Origin: Octopus vulgaris
Taxonomy: Eukaryota
Assembly (NCBI GenBank): GCA_951406725.2
Contig: OX597814.1
Location: 222,518,001 to 222,582,000 of the forward strand
Reading direction: 5' to 3'
Length of the DNA: 64,000 bases
Made by a program: the position numbers and the translations under genes. Positions 40,275 to 52,924 of the stretch are shown in pieces (position 1 is the first letter of the stretch; each line of letters starts with the position of its first letter). The notes beneath the pieces are model-generated. The model searched no databases. It was not told the DNA's origin and worked only from the letters and a program-made list of their open reading frames with translations.

Positions 40275-41770
40275 TACAAAAAATATATACATCTATACAT
40301 ATATATATATACACACACACACATATATATGTATGTTTATGTATATATATATATATATACACATATATACATACACGCATGCATATATATGTGTCTGTAC
40401 TGCACACACGTGCATATATACATATATGCATACATACACACATATGAATATGGATATATACATGTATGTATATATAAATACACTCACACACACACACGCA
40501 CACACACACACTCGCATATATATGATCGTTTTCCCTACACGCATATAGAAAACATGTATGTATTTAAATATGTTCGCATATCAGCCTCTTTAGTAATAGT
40601 AAAGCAAATTGAACAATTTTTTTTAATATTTTGTAGCTAGTGTGATGAAATTAAAACCGATAATTTTATGATGTATGACAGTGAAGGACTAACATCAAAA
40701 GAGTATATAAAAAAGATGCCTTCAAGGAATACACATATCTGTATTTCACCAACGGATATCGAAATATTATTAGTAACAAATATTTAAGAAATAAAATCAC
40801 AGATATGCGATCTGTGAAATCGCATGTGTATTTAATATCTTGTAAAGTCTTATGAACATATTTTCCTGTAGAGGCTGTTAACTCTAACATCAAAGGATTA
40901 TCGCTAGAGCGATTTAGAATGATTTACATTTATTCCTTAATTCACACGAAGGGCCTTTTATAGAAGTTTCAGCATTTAGTAAGGGATCCACTTTATATTA
41001 ATCGCAACAGAATCCTACTTCATGGCCCATCAAAGACATGGCGTTGGAAATATAATTACCGAATTTGGAATACTTTGATCATTTACTGTCACCCTATCTA
41101 ATTTATGCCCTGCGCACACGTACATACATATTTATAAACACCCTCACTATCATTAACATATACTGTGCATTTTCTTATCCAAATCATACGAAAGAGTGGT
41201 TTCGTCAATCTATCTTCACATCAGCAGCTATTTAAGCTTCATTTCTTTGTTCTGACTATTTGCATGAGATGAAGTTGTTGATATCATTTATATCGTTTAT
41301 ACTATTACATATCAATCTGAAGGAGGCTTGCTTCTTTTATTATTCCTTATTGGATTTTTCTTTCTTTGGTGGCGTGGTTATAGAGAGGTTCTGCTAGTAT
41401 TTTTCTGTTGACTTTTTCCTATTGACCTTTGGAAGATTCTCGTTACTGATGTTTTTTGTTATCTCTCTCTTTTTTTTTTTTTTTTTGGCTTATGGACGCA
41501 TTAGAGATTTTCGTAGCTTATCATTTATTCATACTACGTCAAATTATCTGTGAATTCAGAGAGACTTCAAAAGTTCAGTTATACATGGAAATGTATGTTA
41601 AATGATGTTTTCATGATATTCTCGAAATGTTTAGACATAGGACTCTGGAAAGTTCAAAATTTGATTAGGTAGGGCAGTTAAAATCATAATAAAACGTTGA
41701 AGCAGGCTACCCCACAAGAAATTTCCTCTAAAACTCTCTCCCAAATACATAAACACACATACACGCAAAC

Positions 41771-41833
<63 letters not shown>

Positions 41834-41840
41834 AGTATAA

Positions 41841-41884
<44 letters not shown>

Positions 41885-41927
41885 ATATATGTATATATAT
41901 ATATATACATACATACATATATTCTTC

Positions 41928-42144
41928 CACTTGTTTCAGTTATTTGGCCGCAGCCATGCTAAAGCCTCTAGTCGACCAAATCGCCCCCCCCCCCAGGACT
42001 TATTGTTTGTAAGCCTAGTACTTATTCTATCGGCCTCTTTTGCCGAACCGCGAAGTTACGGGGACATAAACACACCAGCATCTGTTGTCAAGCGACGTTA
42101 GGGGACAAACACAGACGCAAACATAAACACACACACACACACAC

Positions 42145-42177
<33 letters not shown>

Positions 42178-42337
42178 CGACGGGCTTCTTGCAGTTTCCG
42201 CCTATCGAATCCACTCACTAGTCTTTGGTCGGCCTGAGGCTATAGTAGAAGACACCTGCCTAAGGTGCCACGAAGTGGGAGTGAACCTAGAACCATGTTG
42301 TTGATAAGCAAGCTACTTACCTTACACAGCCACTCCT
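41928..42337 (-). mobile_element. SINE family B copy
   Basis: Same architecture as 6985-7429. Confidence 0.85.
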
Positions 42338-43012
42338 ATATATAATATATATATATATATTTAAGGTATAGAACACTGATACTGCGTCATTGCCGTTGAA
42401 AGGCCCTCTCATATAGGGGCTTGGTGCATAAAAAAGCACACACAGACTAGCAAACAAGAATTCTTTGTAATCGGCACAGGAATTCGCATACCACGTGATT
42501 TCATCCTATTGGAAATTATCAGTGGTACATGTAAGGTCACTGCATACCAATCAGACATCGCTGCTACATTGTATAGAATATCAGCTTCATTTCAGATACT
42601 AGTGTCGAGAATAGCCACCAGGATTATTAAAATTTAATCATTGGCGACAGAAGCACTACGAATGCTTTAAATGTAATCTTTATATTCAAAATAACTTGGA
42701 TATCTGATAAGTATGCTTATCGAAAGAAAAGATGTCGAATGCTATATAATTAACTAATGTGTTTTATGTAACAGTTATCCGTAGCGTTTCTTCACCTGCT
42801 TTTCGGATAGCAGCCAAAAAGCAGATCTCACATCATGTCCCCAATTATTCTTGGATAAGCTGTCATGCTATCTCTATTGTAATTTAAGTCTACATCTGCT
42901 TAACTCCAGTAATATGCTTTACACTTAGTTGTATTCTAGATGTCTCTTTTATTCTGATTCTCCGATACCATTAATATTCTGCGTGCGTGTATGTATATAC
43001 ATGCATACATAC

Positions 43013-43163
<151 letters not shown>

Positions 43164-43180
43164 TATATAATATATATGCA

Positions 43181-43234
43181 CTAGATATGTCGAAACGAAT
43201 GTCGTGATTAATAATAAATTCTTGTATTTCATTC

Positions 43235-43283
<49 letters not shown>

Positions 43284-44535
43284 GTATATATATGTGTGTA
43301 TGTACGTATGTATGTCTCTGTGTGTATTTATGTATATATTTATATATATATATATATATACATATATTTATATATGGCGAATGAAATACAAGAATGTATT
43401 GTTAATCACGACAATCGTTTCGACATATCTAGCAATTGAAAACACCAATTACGGTCGAATTGTAATAGTAGAAATACTCATGATATAGCTAACACGTAAC
43501 AACGTCGGTAAATGGAGTCGGAACTGCCTTATATACAAATAAATACGATAAATGCTCATGCAGGGAAAATCAAAATGCCCATTGATGAAACTCTGTATGA
43601 GAACAAATCTTGTATACACATGTACCGTCCACGCAAGGGGTGTGAGGTCGTATGTTTACATTGGGCAAAAGCTGACTCCTTTAAGAATCGTTATCGTAAA
43701 CACATCACCAGGCCTAAGATAATGAACAAGGGTCATTCAACATCTTTGACCGATGCTGTATGGCGACTGAAGAAATAAGTACAGCATAAGCTGGTCCATA
43801 ATAAGACATGCGAAACCATACAATATAATTTCTGGGAGATGTCATCTCTGCTCGGAAGAACCCCTATCTATTCTGTCGACTAATGAGAAGATCATTAATA
43901 GAATTTCTGTAAATCTCTCGATATGCCTACTCGCATAAAAATGTACTTTTGCACAATGCAGTAAGAATGAATTTTGAGTAACAGTTAACGATTTATATTA
44001 GGGTATGGATGAATTAGGTTTAATTTTAACCTCCACATTCTTATAAACACCAAGTAGATATTTAACTTGCTTTGTGATCGTGAGTGTATCAACCGTAACA
44101 GATGCGTATGCTCACATTTTCGCGGATGCTAATATGAGCGTGTGTACACGTGTTATGCAGCTTATGTGATAGCGTTTATACCTACACATTTGTTAACGGT
44201 TATTTTTAATATTTGTCTCTCTAAATTGCCTGTTCGTTTCCTTTTCTATATGTTATATTACTTTAGACGTGCGTAAACGAAGATATTTCGTCCATAGTGC
44301 TGCTTTCCTTTCCACAAAATGAAAAGTTGCATCTGCACCGCCGGATGCTCCTGAACCTGTTGTTGAATGTCCCACCCGTGAGGGAATGATGCTAGATGTA
44401 TCGAAACAATTGTCGTGACTAATAATAAATACTCGTATATTCCATCTTCCGTCTTTCAATGGGCATATCATTGTGAAAGTGACCGTGCTTAACCAGTAAG
44501 CTACCAGGTTTAAACCATTCGTTTTATTATCCAAT
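43181..44535 (+). mobile_element. 5'-truncated Penelope-like element (Naiad-type) with inverted pLTR pieces
   Basis: GIY-YIG relic plus three copies of a pLTR segment CTAGATRTRTCGAAACRAWTGTCGTGA.TAAYAATA: 43181-43239 (+), 43374-43432 (-), 44392-44450 (+); embedded in (TA)n tracts. Confidence 0.75.
43540..43960 (+). pseudogene. PLE GIY-YIG endonuclease fragment
   Basis: Across frameshifts: CSCRE / KCPLMKLCMRTNLVYTCTVHARGVRSYVYIGQ / SFKNRYRKH..STSLTDAVWRLK / WSIIRHAKPYNIISGRCHLCSEE..INRIS..C. Confidence 0.85.
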
Positions 44536-44576
44536 ATATGTATGTATATATGTATGTGTATGTAAATGTATACCTA

Positions 44577-44687
<111 letters not shown>

Positions 44688-44847
44688 GTTTATATATTCG
44701 TTTAGCAAGATTCTGGATATGAATTTGTATTGAAACAAATATTGTTGTATTTGGGGATGGTCATGTTGCCAGATTAGTCATTAAAAACACATGCACTATA
44801 TATTTGTGTTCACTTGCTTCAGCTTTATTTTATATTAATTGTATTTC

Positions 44848-44892
44848 GGCCAGAGTTCTTTCGTCACACTTCTGCGACCTCGTCAGTGGTCC
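44848..44892 (-). ncRNA. Minimal type I hammerhead motif in a ~200-bp TA-flanked element (44700-44903)
   Basis: Minus strand GGACCA-CTGACGA-G-GTCGCA GAAG TGTGAC-GAAA-G AA C-TC-TGGCC; stem I GG(A)CCA/TGGCC, 6-bp stem II with one extra G, 1-bp stem III. Confidence 0.6.
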
Positions 44893-46599
44893 TTTAGTCC
44901 TTTATATATATAGTAAACAAATAATTGTAATGAATTCTACTGGTGTTGAACGCATGTAGAATTTTCATACCATGTCAGGCCTATGAAAGCATTATTGGGG
45001 ATCATGGTTTGATACTTGTATTTTGGTTATTATCTGAAAAGCACCTGAAGAAACACAGAGCTCTATGTCATAAAGTATGCTGGTTAATTATATAACATTC
45101 GATATATTTTCATTTGATAAGTATATTTATCGGTTATATCTCTTTGCTGCTTCATGCAGATTTTCAACGAGAAGTAGGTTTTTATGAATTAAACGCAGTG
45201 TCTCGAATGAAAATATGTGTATGATTATGTCTTGAGACTGTTGTTCGATTGTACATTTTGAACTAAAACCAAACTGATATCAATAACACGTTACAGTGTT
45301 TTAAATGATTTGCCTAAATAGAAATACCGATCACTGCTCATGCATACAAAACTTCTTGTTGGATGTAAACTGAGATTACATGTTCAGCACAGAACTGGAA
45401 AGATAAACTTTAAGATACCCTAAATAATTTCTTGGTATCTACAATTTATTTGCACACAATAATACGGTATAACCACCGAATTAATTTCAATAGAGAAGCA
45501 TTTTGTTGTGTTTAGAAAAACATAGCTATTTCAAAGAGATTAGGAATTTCGTATTCATTTTATAAATATATTACTTGAATATGGTAATACAATATATGTT
45601 TAGCTTTTACAAACACGGAGCTTGCATGTCTTCCAAATTGGAACAGAGACCTATATTTATGGAGGGTGCACATTTCCTTCAAAATGCCTAAAATTTAATG
45701 AAAGCATCAGATGATACTATAAGGTTCGCTTTGATGATGGCCAATCATAAGATTCAATCTAAATGTTGAAAATCATAGTAAAACTAAGTTGGAACCAAAT
45801 TTACTGAACAATGGCAGTCATATAAATAAGGCCTGGCATTTACACTGTGGTTGTTCCGATTCTGAAATGCAACACGTTTTCTAAATTTCAGTACGCTAAA
45901 TCATAATTTCTTCCCAATAATCTAAAAGAATAATACTGCAATAGAAATACACCATCGAAAGAATCTATGTTATAATATTAAGCGAGTAGTATTATCTACT
46001 CAGAATTGTTGTTCAGTAAAGTTGCCCCTAGCGTAGAACAGAGAGAGGCAAATATCATAAAACATTGTCCGGAAGTAAGCTGTCTCGAACGTCTTCACTG
46101 ATCTATTAATCAATAAAATACTTGGTGTTTTTGACAATATTTATATTTGAATACATAAAAAAAAATCCAAATAGCTCCAAATATCACCATGGCTGTTTAC
46201 ATTACTGAAATGAAAATAAAGTATATGATTCTATAAAAAAAAACTATAAACTAGATGTGTGTAAAGCTGAAGAACACGTTTTCAATAGTATCAGTTGGAC
46301 TTCTGATGCAGGAATATTATGGTTAGCTAAAGGTATAAGAACAGCTATTTAGCAAAGGCCTATCATAAATATCAGTTACTATTAATGAATTGAGTGACGT
46401 TTATTACAGAGCTAAGCAAGTATATATGTCTAAATAAATTGATTGGACGATGAAACTGCTTATCTTAGAATTGTATGCGTGGTATCTTTTTGAATAAAAA
46501 AAAAGGTGTGTATTGCTGCAGACAACAACAACAACAGCATCAACAATAATAATAACAACAACATCAACAACAATAAAAGTCCTTTCTAATAGAAAGAAT

Positions 46600-46708
46600 G
46601 AAAGGCAAAACCGATATCCCAAGAGTTTGAATTCGTAGCATAAAAACGGAAGATATGCCGCTAAGCATTTTCTCTGTTGTGCTAATAATTATGCCATCTC
46701 TCCAGACC
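46600..46708 (-). mobile_element. SINE family C 5' part
   Basis: GAATGAAAGGCAAAA...TTTGAATTC...CCGCTAAGCATTTT...GCTAAT..TATGCCA.CTC matches the family C head on the minus strand. Confidence 0.6.
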
Positions 46709-46712
46709 AGTG

Positions 46713-46770
<58 letters not shown>

Positions 46771-46772
46771 TG

Positions 46773-46827
<55 letters not shown>

Positions 46828-46864
46828 CAGCAACAACAACAACAACGACAGCAGCAACAACAAC

Positions 46865-46934
<70 letters not shown>

Positions 46935-46969
46935 GCAACAACAACAACAACGACAGCAGCAACAACAAC

Positions 46970-47057
<88 letters not shown>

Positions 47058-47099
47058 GCAACAACAACAACAACGACAGCAGCAACAACAACAATAATA

Positions 47100-47165
<66 letters not shown>

Positions 47166-47199
47166 GCAACAACAACAACAACAGCAGCAGCAACAACAA
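46713..47199. repeat. Compound (AAT)n/(AAC)n microsatellite with higher-order unit
   Basis: Four blocks of (AAT)n followed by AACAGC(AAC)n(G/A)ACAGCAGC(AAC)n. Confidence 0.95.
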
Positions 47200-47214
47200 A
47201 GGCAACGGATAACG

Positions 47215-47815
47215 ATTCAATGCAGAAATGAAAGAGTTGAAAGGAAGGGATACTATAGATAACTTAGCTTGATACTGAAAACCGATCTCAATGCGGAAAA
47301 CAAGATAATAGGTATTAGTACTGTAGCCATCACAGGTACAAGTCACAAGATTCTTAACTGGACAATAAATGAACTAACCAAACTAAACAGGAATGAAAGA
47401 AAACTAATAACAGAATTCAGAATACTCTACCCAAAATCTTACATACAAAGGTTATATTGAAAGCGAGTTGAATGGAGGTAGGTGCCTTATACAATTTGAA
47501 AACTACTATGTAATATTCACCATAGGATTGCAGAAATATTTAACTCAAAATCAAAGAAAACTGGTGCAAATAGCCAAAGAGCATGCGCGAAAAGAAAAAC
47601 TGTTTTCCGTCGTGAAGGAAGCCGAAAAACACAAGAAAGAAGTCATAATACCTGACAACTATGAAGAAAAAGAAGGAACAACAAAAGCCGTAGAGCAACT
47701 AATGTCTAAGCTAAAATTTGAACTACAAATTGTAGAAAAGCCCTTTCATGGGATAAGCTGAACAGGAAAGAAATAGACAAAATATAATCCTAACACTGGT
47801 TGAGAAACTAAGACA
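47215..47815 (+). pseudogene. R4/Dong-like (RLE-class) non-LTR retrotransposon fragment, post-RT region
   Basis: LILKTDLNAENKIIGI...NWTINELTKLNR..RKL...YPKS.IQRLY.KR..GGRCLIQ...KPFHG resembles the R4/Dong RT thumb region; abuts an (AAT)n array. Confidence 0.7.
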
Positions 47816-49578
47816 CAAAGCATATTAAACACTTCAAAGTGTGAAGAAGACTTGTTTTTGACTTTTCATTCCTTCAACAAAGAAGCTTCAGTCCGAGATG
47901 TTCTTGTTGAAATTAAGTGTTCCATAAAAAGAAAATAAATAAACTCACAGGTATGCCACACAAAGCGTGAAAATGATCTCCAGAAGTGTATATCTGTACA
48001 CCTGGATCTGACAGAGTGACAGTTCAGTTGTCTAACATGATTGTAGAGTATATATAAACTTAATCACTGCATTCCTTTTCTCCATAGCTACTCTGAAAAC
48101 CTGTGTCAACATGCTTATGTAGACACCATCTTATTCTTCAAACGGTGTGAAAGTAAAAACCGACACATGCAAGCATACATACATGCATACATCTACAAAT
48201 CGAGAGCGAAGCCGAGTCTCTTTTGTCATTAAAGAAAACTCCTTAAGTTGCACGCTCTTTCGAAAATACCTTTGCCGTTCCCTTCAAGCTTCCCTTGCAG
48301 GAATCGATCTATTAATGGTCCCACTGAACAGCAGCCGTATCAATATTATTAGTATCACACGACGTAGGAAGAACATGTACAAACCATAAAACTATCACTT
48401 TTATAGAGATGGTATATGTTTACGAACATTGTTATGAAAATATATAAAGTATACTACAAATATTTGGGATTGTATATTTGTATGATAAACGTTGTGCATC
48501 AAGAAGTAAAATCCATGTGATCATAGTCTATGGAATATATTGATTCCTGTTTGTATGCAGTTCATTACTTATTTAATACGCCATGACGTAAACGTCGCAA
48601 AATCTCGTTCTTCCCATCGGATTTTTATGCTATTTGCTCTAAAACAGAAATCGTTATTAACATTCTGCCCTTGTTGTTGATTTTATTGCATTTACTGCTG
48701 CTGAAGTCGCAGCTGAGTCTGTTGTTGCTGAAATTTAGCTGTATATTGTTGCTGTATTTAGCTGAAAGTAGCATTTATGCAAAATATGAACTCTAGCCAC
48801 GAATTCATTATTTCATTCTAAGTGAATATTATCCAACATGACCTTGAATGATTTGGCCATCACTGTGTTGTTTGAGATGCTAATTCTGTGAGGACAAATC
48901 CCGATGGAAGACAGATGTTCCATTGACGTCTCATTAAACATTGTGGTTTCAAGGTGTACGATATGATATGAAAAAATAAACTAAGCGCCACCAAATTTAC
49001 TTATATCAGTAATGTAATCGGTAAAACTAGCAACCTCTTAGCTAAACATTCACTTCCGAAGGAGCTGAAACATCATGTCTAAATAACGAATAAATATTCA
49101 GCTTATTTATTAAATATTCGTGGACAAACTTCCAATACTTGCCATCTTTGTTTGCTGATTACTTGATAATCCTGATGCTAAAGAAAAGGATTATTCCAAA
49201 TACAGCAATCAGATCTTAATCTGCAAACAAATGTTCATAAACTGCTTTTAATGCCAGTTGTATAAATTTAATCTAGTATTTGCAAGAAATTAATCTCTTA
49301 CGATCACATTCTGATTTTCTAATGATAGTTCCACCGATATTTACGAGATAACAATAAGAACTGCATTGCAATTGACACTGGGAAACAACAAGGAAAGCAA
49401 ACATTTGTATTTGGTATCTCATACACAACATATGGCACCTTAAACAACTGGCAGTGGGGATCAATACAGTTAATAGCGAATCAAAACACTTTACAGATGG
49501 TCTGGACAGTATACGGTTTGTTCTGACCCTGTGCATTGTATGATTGCGCGCGTTTATGTAATATGTGTGAGTGAACGG

Positions 49579-49615
<37 letters not shown>

Positions 49616-50035
49616 TGTGTGTTGGTGTGTGTGTTTGTATCTGTCTGTCTGTCTGAGTTTAGGTAGAGTATAGTCAAACTGCAGAAGAATCTTGTATGCA
49701 GCCACTTGGTTGCGGGATTATTTCCACTGCGTGGCATCTATCATTTTGGACATCTATCATTTTGTAAAGCATTGCTTCTGTTATATAGCTAGAGTGAAAT
49801 TGGGAAACAGAAACTACATAGAAACCGATCGGGTAGATTGCACTTTAACTTCAAAAGACGTACAGTTTTGTAACATACTCTATCAAGCCAACTCTGCTAG
49901 AGAATGATGTCATACTTCCCGGAAATACTCGACCACAGGTACCCTTAATTCAGAAGAAGGTAACTCATTTGCTTGCATGATAGAACAATACAATCTTCAT
50001 GGGCGATCGAACAATATAATATAATATTATATATG

Positions 50036-50473
50036 TCTAAATATGGCTAACCACTAAGGGTGGATGTTAATGTAGCTTGTAGCCCCAATATGGTTAGCCA
50101 TATTTAGATGACAAATATACTTCACATTGTCTTGCAGTTACTGTCTATACCTCATTCAGCGATTTATTATTGCATGTTTAAACTTTTTCAAGATTAGTGA
50201 CGAAAAGTCACTGGAAAAAGGATATAGGTATTTGCATTGGGACCCTTCCATCGAAAACCGGTGATTGTCGTGCGCTGATGACGGGTCAATACCCAGAAAC
50301 TGCAGTCCGTGCGAATCACTTAGGTTGACGAGGGAAGGATGACCTCCCTTTGCAAATACTGATAGAGCATAGAAAGTGTGTCAATAGCCAGCTGGAGAAG
50401 ATGTTCTGCTGGGGCTACAAGCTACAGTAACATCCACCCTTAGTGGTTAGCCATATTTAGATGGCAAATATAC

Positions 50474-50478
<5 letters not shown>
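50036..50478 (+). mobile_element. ~353-nt hammerhead-bearing unit, copy 2, with 35-bp terminal redundancy and 5' inverted arm
   Basis: 50091-50125 repeats 50444-50478 (period 353); 50036-50087 is the reverse complement of 50410-50461; colinear with 9516-9970; flanked by TA-rich and (CA)n tracts. Confidence 0.85.
50260..50320 (+). ncRNA. Type I hammerhead ribozyme
   Basis: GGTGATT-GT-CGTGCG-CTGATGA(50275-50281)-C GGGT CAAT ACCC A-GAAA(50296-50299)-C TGCA G-TC-CGTGCG-AATCACT. Long bulged stem I, 4-bp stem II closed by C.A, palindromic stem III ACTGCAGT, GUC site after 50307. Confidence 0.8.
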
Positions 50479-50516
<38 letters not shown>

Positions 50517-50684
50517 TTAAATACATCCAGAGATAGAAAGGAATAACCACAGCAGTTATGACGTAGACGTTACATACTTATAGACGTGCATGCTGACAAT
50601 TCTGAAAGCTGGCAACTGTATACATATAATATGCACTTAATAAGCGTGGACCATATTTCCTCCAATTATTATTAATAACTCTGA

Positions 50685-50900
50685 GGGCGGCAGCAAGAGG
50701 TCTGACTCGTTAGCACGACGAGCAAAATGCTGAGCGGAATTTCCTCCGTTTTTACGTTGCAAGATCAGATTCCAACGAGGTCCAATTTGCCTTTCATCCT
50801 ATCGGAGTCGTAAAATAAGTACCAGTTGAACACTGGGATCGATGTAATCGACTTACCTCCTCCCAATATTGTTGGCGTCGTGCCAACATTTCAAACCGGT
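50685..50900 (+). mobile_element. SINE family C copy
   Basis: CGTTAGCACGACGAGCAAAATGCT...TTTGCCTTTCATCCT.TCGG...GTACCAGTTGAACACTGGGATCGATGTAATCGACTTA. Confidence 0.75.
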
Positions 50901-51025
50901 ATTAGAAATACATTTAATGTAATTTTAAAATTATGTTAAAAACGGGAGAGTAAGATTTCTCATGAGTATATTCGTCCATATTTTGTAAATATGTCTGTGT
51001 GCAAGCGTGGGTATGTGTGATTATA

Positions 51026-51407
51026 GGAGCACTCCGACGGTTGCGACGATGAGGGTCCCAGCTGATACGATCAACGGAACAGCTTGCTCGTGATATTAAC
51101 GTGCAAATGGCTGAGCACTCCACAGACACGTGTACCCGTAACGTAGTTCTCGGGGAGATTCAGGGTGACACAGATTGTGACAAGGCTGGCCCTTTGAAAT
51201 ACAGGTACAACATAAACAGGAGGAAAGAGCGAGAGAAAGTTGTGGTGAAAGAGTACAGCAGGGTTCATCACCATCCCCTGCCGGAGCCTCGTGGAGCTTT
51301 AGGTGTTTTTACTCAATAAACACTCACAATGCCCGGTCTGGGAATCGAAACAGCGATCCTCCGACCGCGAGTCCGCTGCCCTAACCACTGGGCCATTGCG
51401 CCTCCAC
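51026..51407 (-). mobile_element. Full-length SINE family A with 13-bp TSD
   Basis: Matches 21357-21741; ATGTGTGATT(A/G)TA at 51013-51025 and 51408-51420. Confidence 0.9.
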
Positions 51408-51800
51408 ATGTGTGATTGTACTTGTATGTAAGTGATACATATGTGTAAAAATATGAGTAGTGTTTGATTTAAACATCAATTTTTAAGTCTTAGACTGAGA
51501 TTTTATTAACAAAGTTTCAAAGTTATAGTCTCTTTGGTATTTAACGAGATAAAAAGTAGATTGAAAACCTTCCTATGATATTTTCAGATATTTGGTTTAA
51601 TTAAATTAAATCTAAATGTATAGATTAGCTTCCAGACATAGTAAGCTGTAAATGTGGTCCAATTCCTTTCTAGTTATTTGCGTTGGTACAAGGTGAAACT
51701 TTTAAATAATAATTTGATCGGGGTTTGGAGTACAGTGCTGTAGGACCCGGTATATTTTCCTCATTACACACACACGTACGCGCACAGACAGATATATATA

Positions 51801-51867
<67 letters not shown>

Positions 51868-52254
51868 ACAAGCACACGCATAGACACACACGCATGCACA
51901 CAGTCATACGTTCTTATGATGCCCTTTTGTAGAGTACCTCCATAAGGAATGGCTGTGAAATCTTCGAGCTGGTGAATTTGACGGTCATGTTGGTCAGCAA
52001 TTTTGTTAATTTCATCTAACCATAACGAAAGTGAGAATTAAATTTATACTTATCTCTCTATCTAGAACGAATGTAACATCCATGTGAAGTGTAACACAAC
52101 ACATATAACAACAGCAATAGTCTTTGATGCTTGTCTTTGCTCGGGGTTTAGAATATATCAGAAAATTACATTATATTCGGGATAATTTGATTATTTACTA
52201 TGTCTCCTTCAGATACCAATTGATGGATTGGTGGGCAGTCGATGGTACCGGTGA

Positions 52255-52850
52255 GCATAAAACTGCAATTTGTAGTTGTGTAAATGTAAGCTGAGATGGA
52301 AGTGTGGAAACCCTCTGAATATTAAAAAGTGTTCCTGACTGTTCCAATGATTCGCGCCGTATGTCTGAATGCCGACATCATGGCTATTTCCCAATCCTCT
52401 GTGAACGCTGTAAAGGCTGTAAGACGTGAGATGGGTGATTACAATGGAGACTACGAAGCCGCGGCCAGCAGGAGAGTCATGGTCTTTCGGTTTGTCTGCA
52501 TTGTGTGACGTCATGCCACCCATTTTTGTGCCGGGTCTTGGCTCATTTCAGATGGTTACGTAAAGCTGGTGAGACTGCGGTCACACCATGACTGAGGCGA
52601 GATACTACTGGAAGATCATACGCGAAGCAGCTGGATTCGGTTCCTGCCGTATGTCCGAAAAGAAGTAGAAGTAGTTTTCGACAACTTACACGACTCCTCC
52701 AGCTCCGATTTCTGGCGATCTAAGGACCATGATTGTAAGATTACTATGTTCGGAACGCGGTTGTGAAAGACAGCAAGCGCACTGTGTGTAACAACAATGC
52801 CTGCTGGTGGCCAAGATGAAGAGGCATTCGAAGGTCTTCCCGCAGCTCAT
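52255..52850 (+). pseudogene. Degenerate Tc1/mariner (maT/DD37D-like) transposase catalytic fragment
   Basis: Remnants of VMVF..V...DVMPP, GRSY..QLDSVP, F.P..SPD..DYYV..AVVKD and LVAK motifs, heavily frameshifted. Confidence 0.55.
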
Positions 52851-52924
52851 TTGTGAAAATTGTTATCTCTATGACAAAATTTAGTTTATATTTTTGATCT
52901 TTTTATTAAACTCATTCAACTCAT

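Noticed and set aside
40195-40640. Stacked YI/HT/CV-rich ORFs (also at 4.6, 23, 29, 34, 39, 43 and 56 kb)
   Set aside because: Stop-free dinucleotide repeats open all frames; these are artefacts.
43540-44300. Selenoprotein/SECIS feature described for some Naiad PLEs
   Set aside because: Conserved Cys positions are TGC/TGT rather than TGA, and no convincing SECIS is visible by eye.
46564-47346. 260-aa poly-Leu, 185-aa poly-Asn and 173-aa poly-Ile ORFs
   Set aside because: Translations of the (AAT)n/(AAC)n microsatellite; no gene context.
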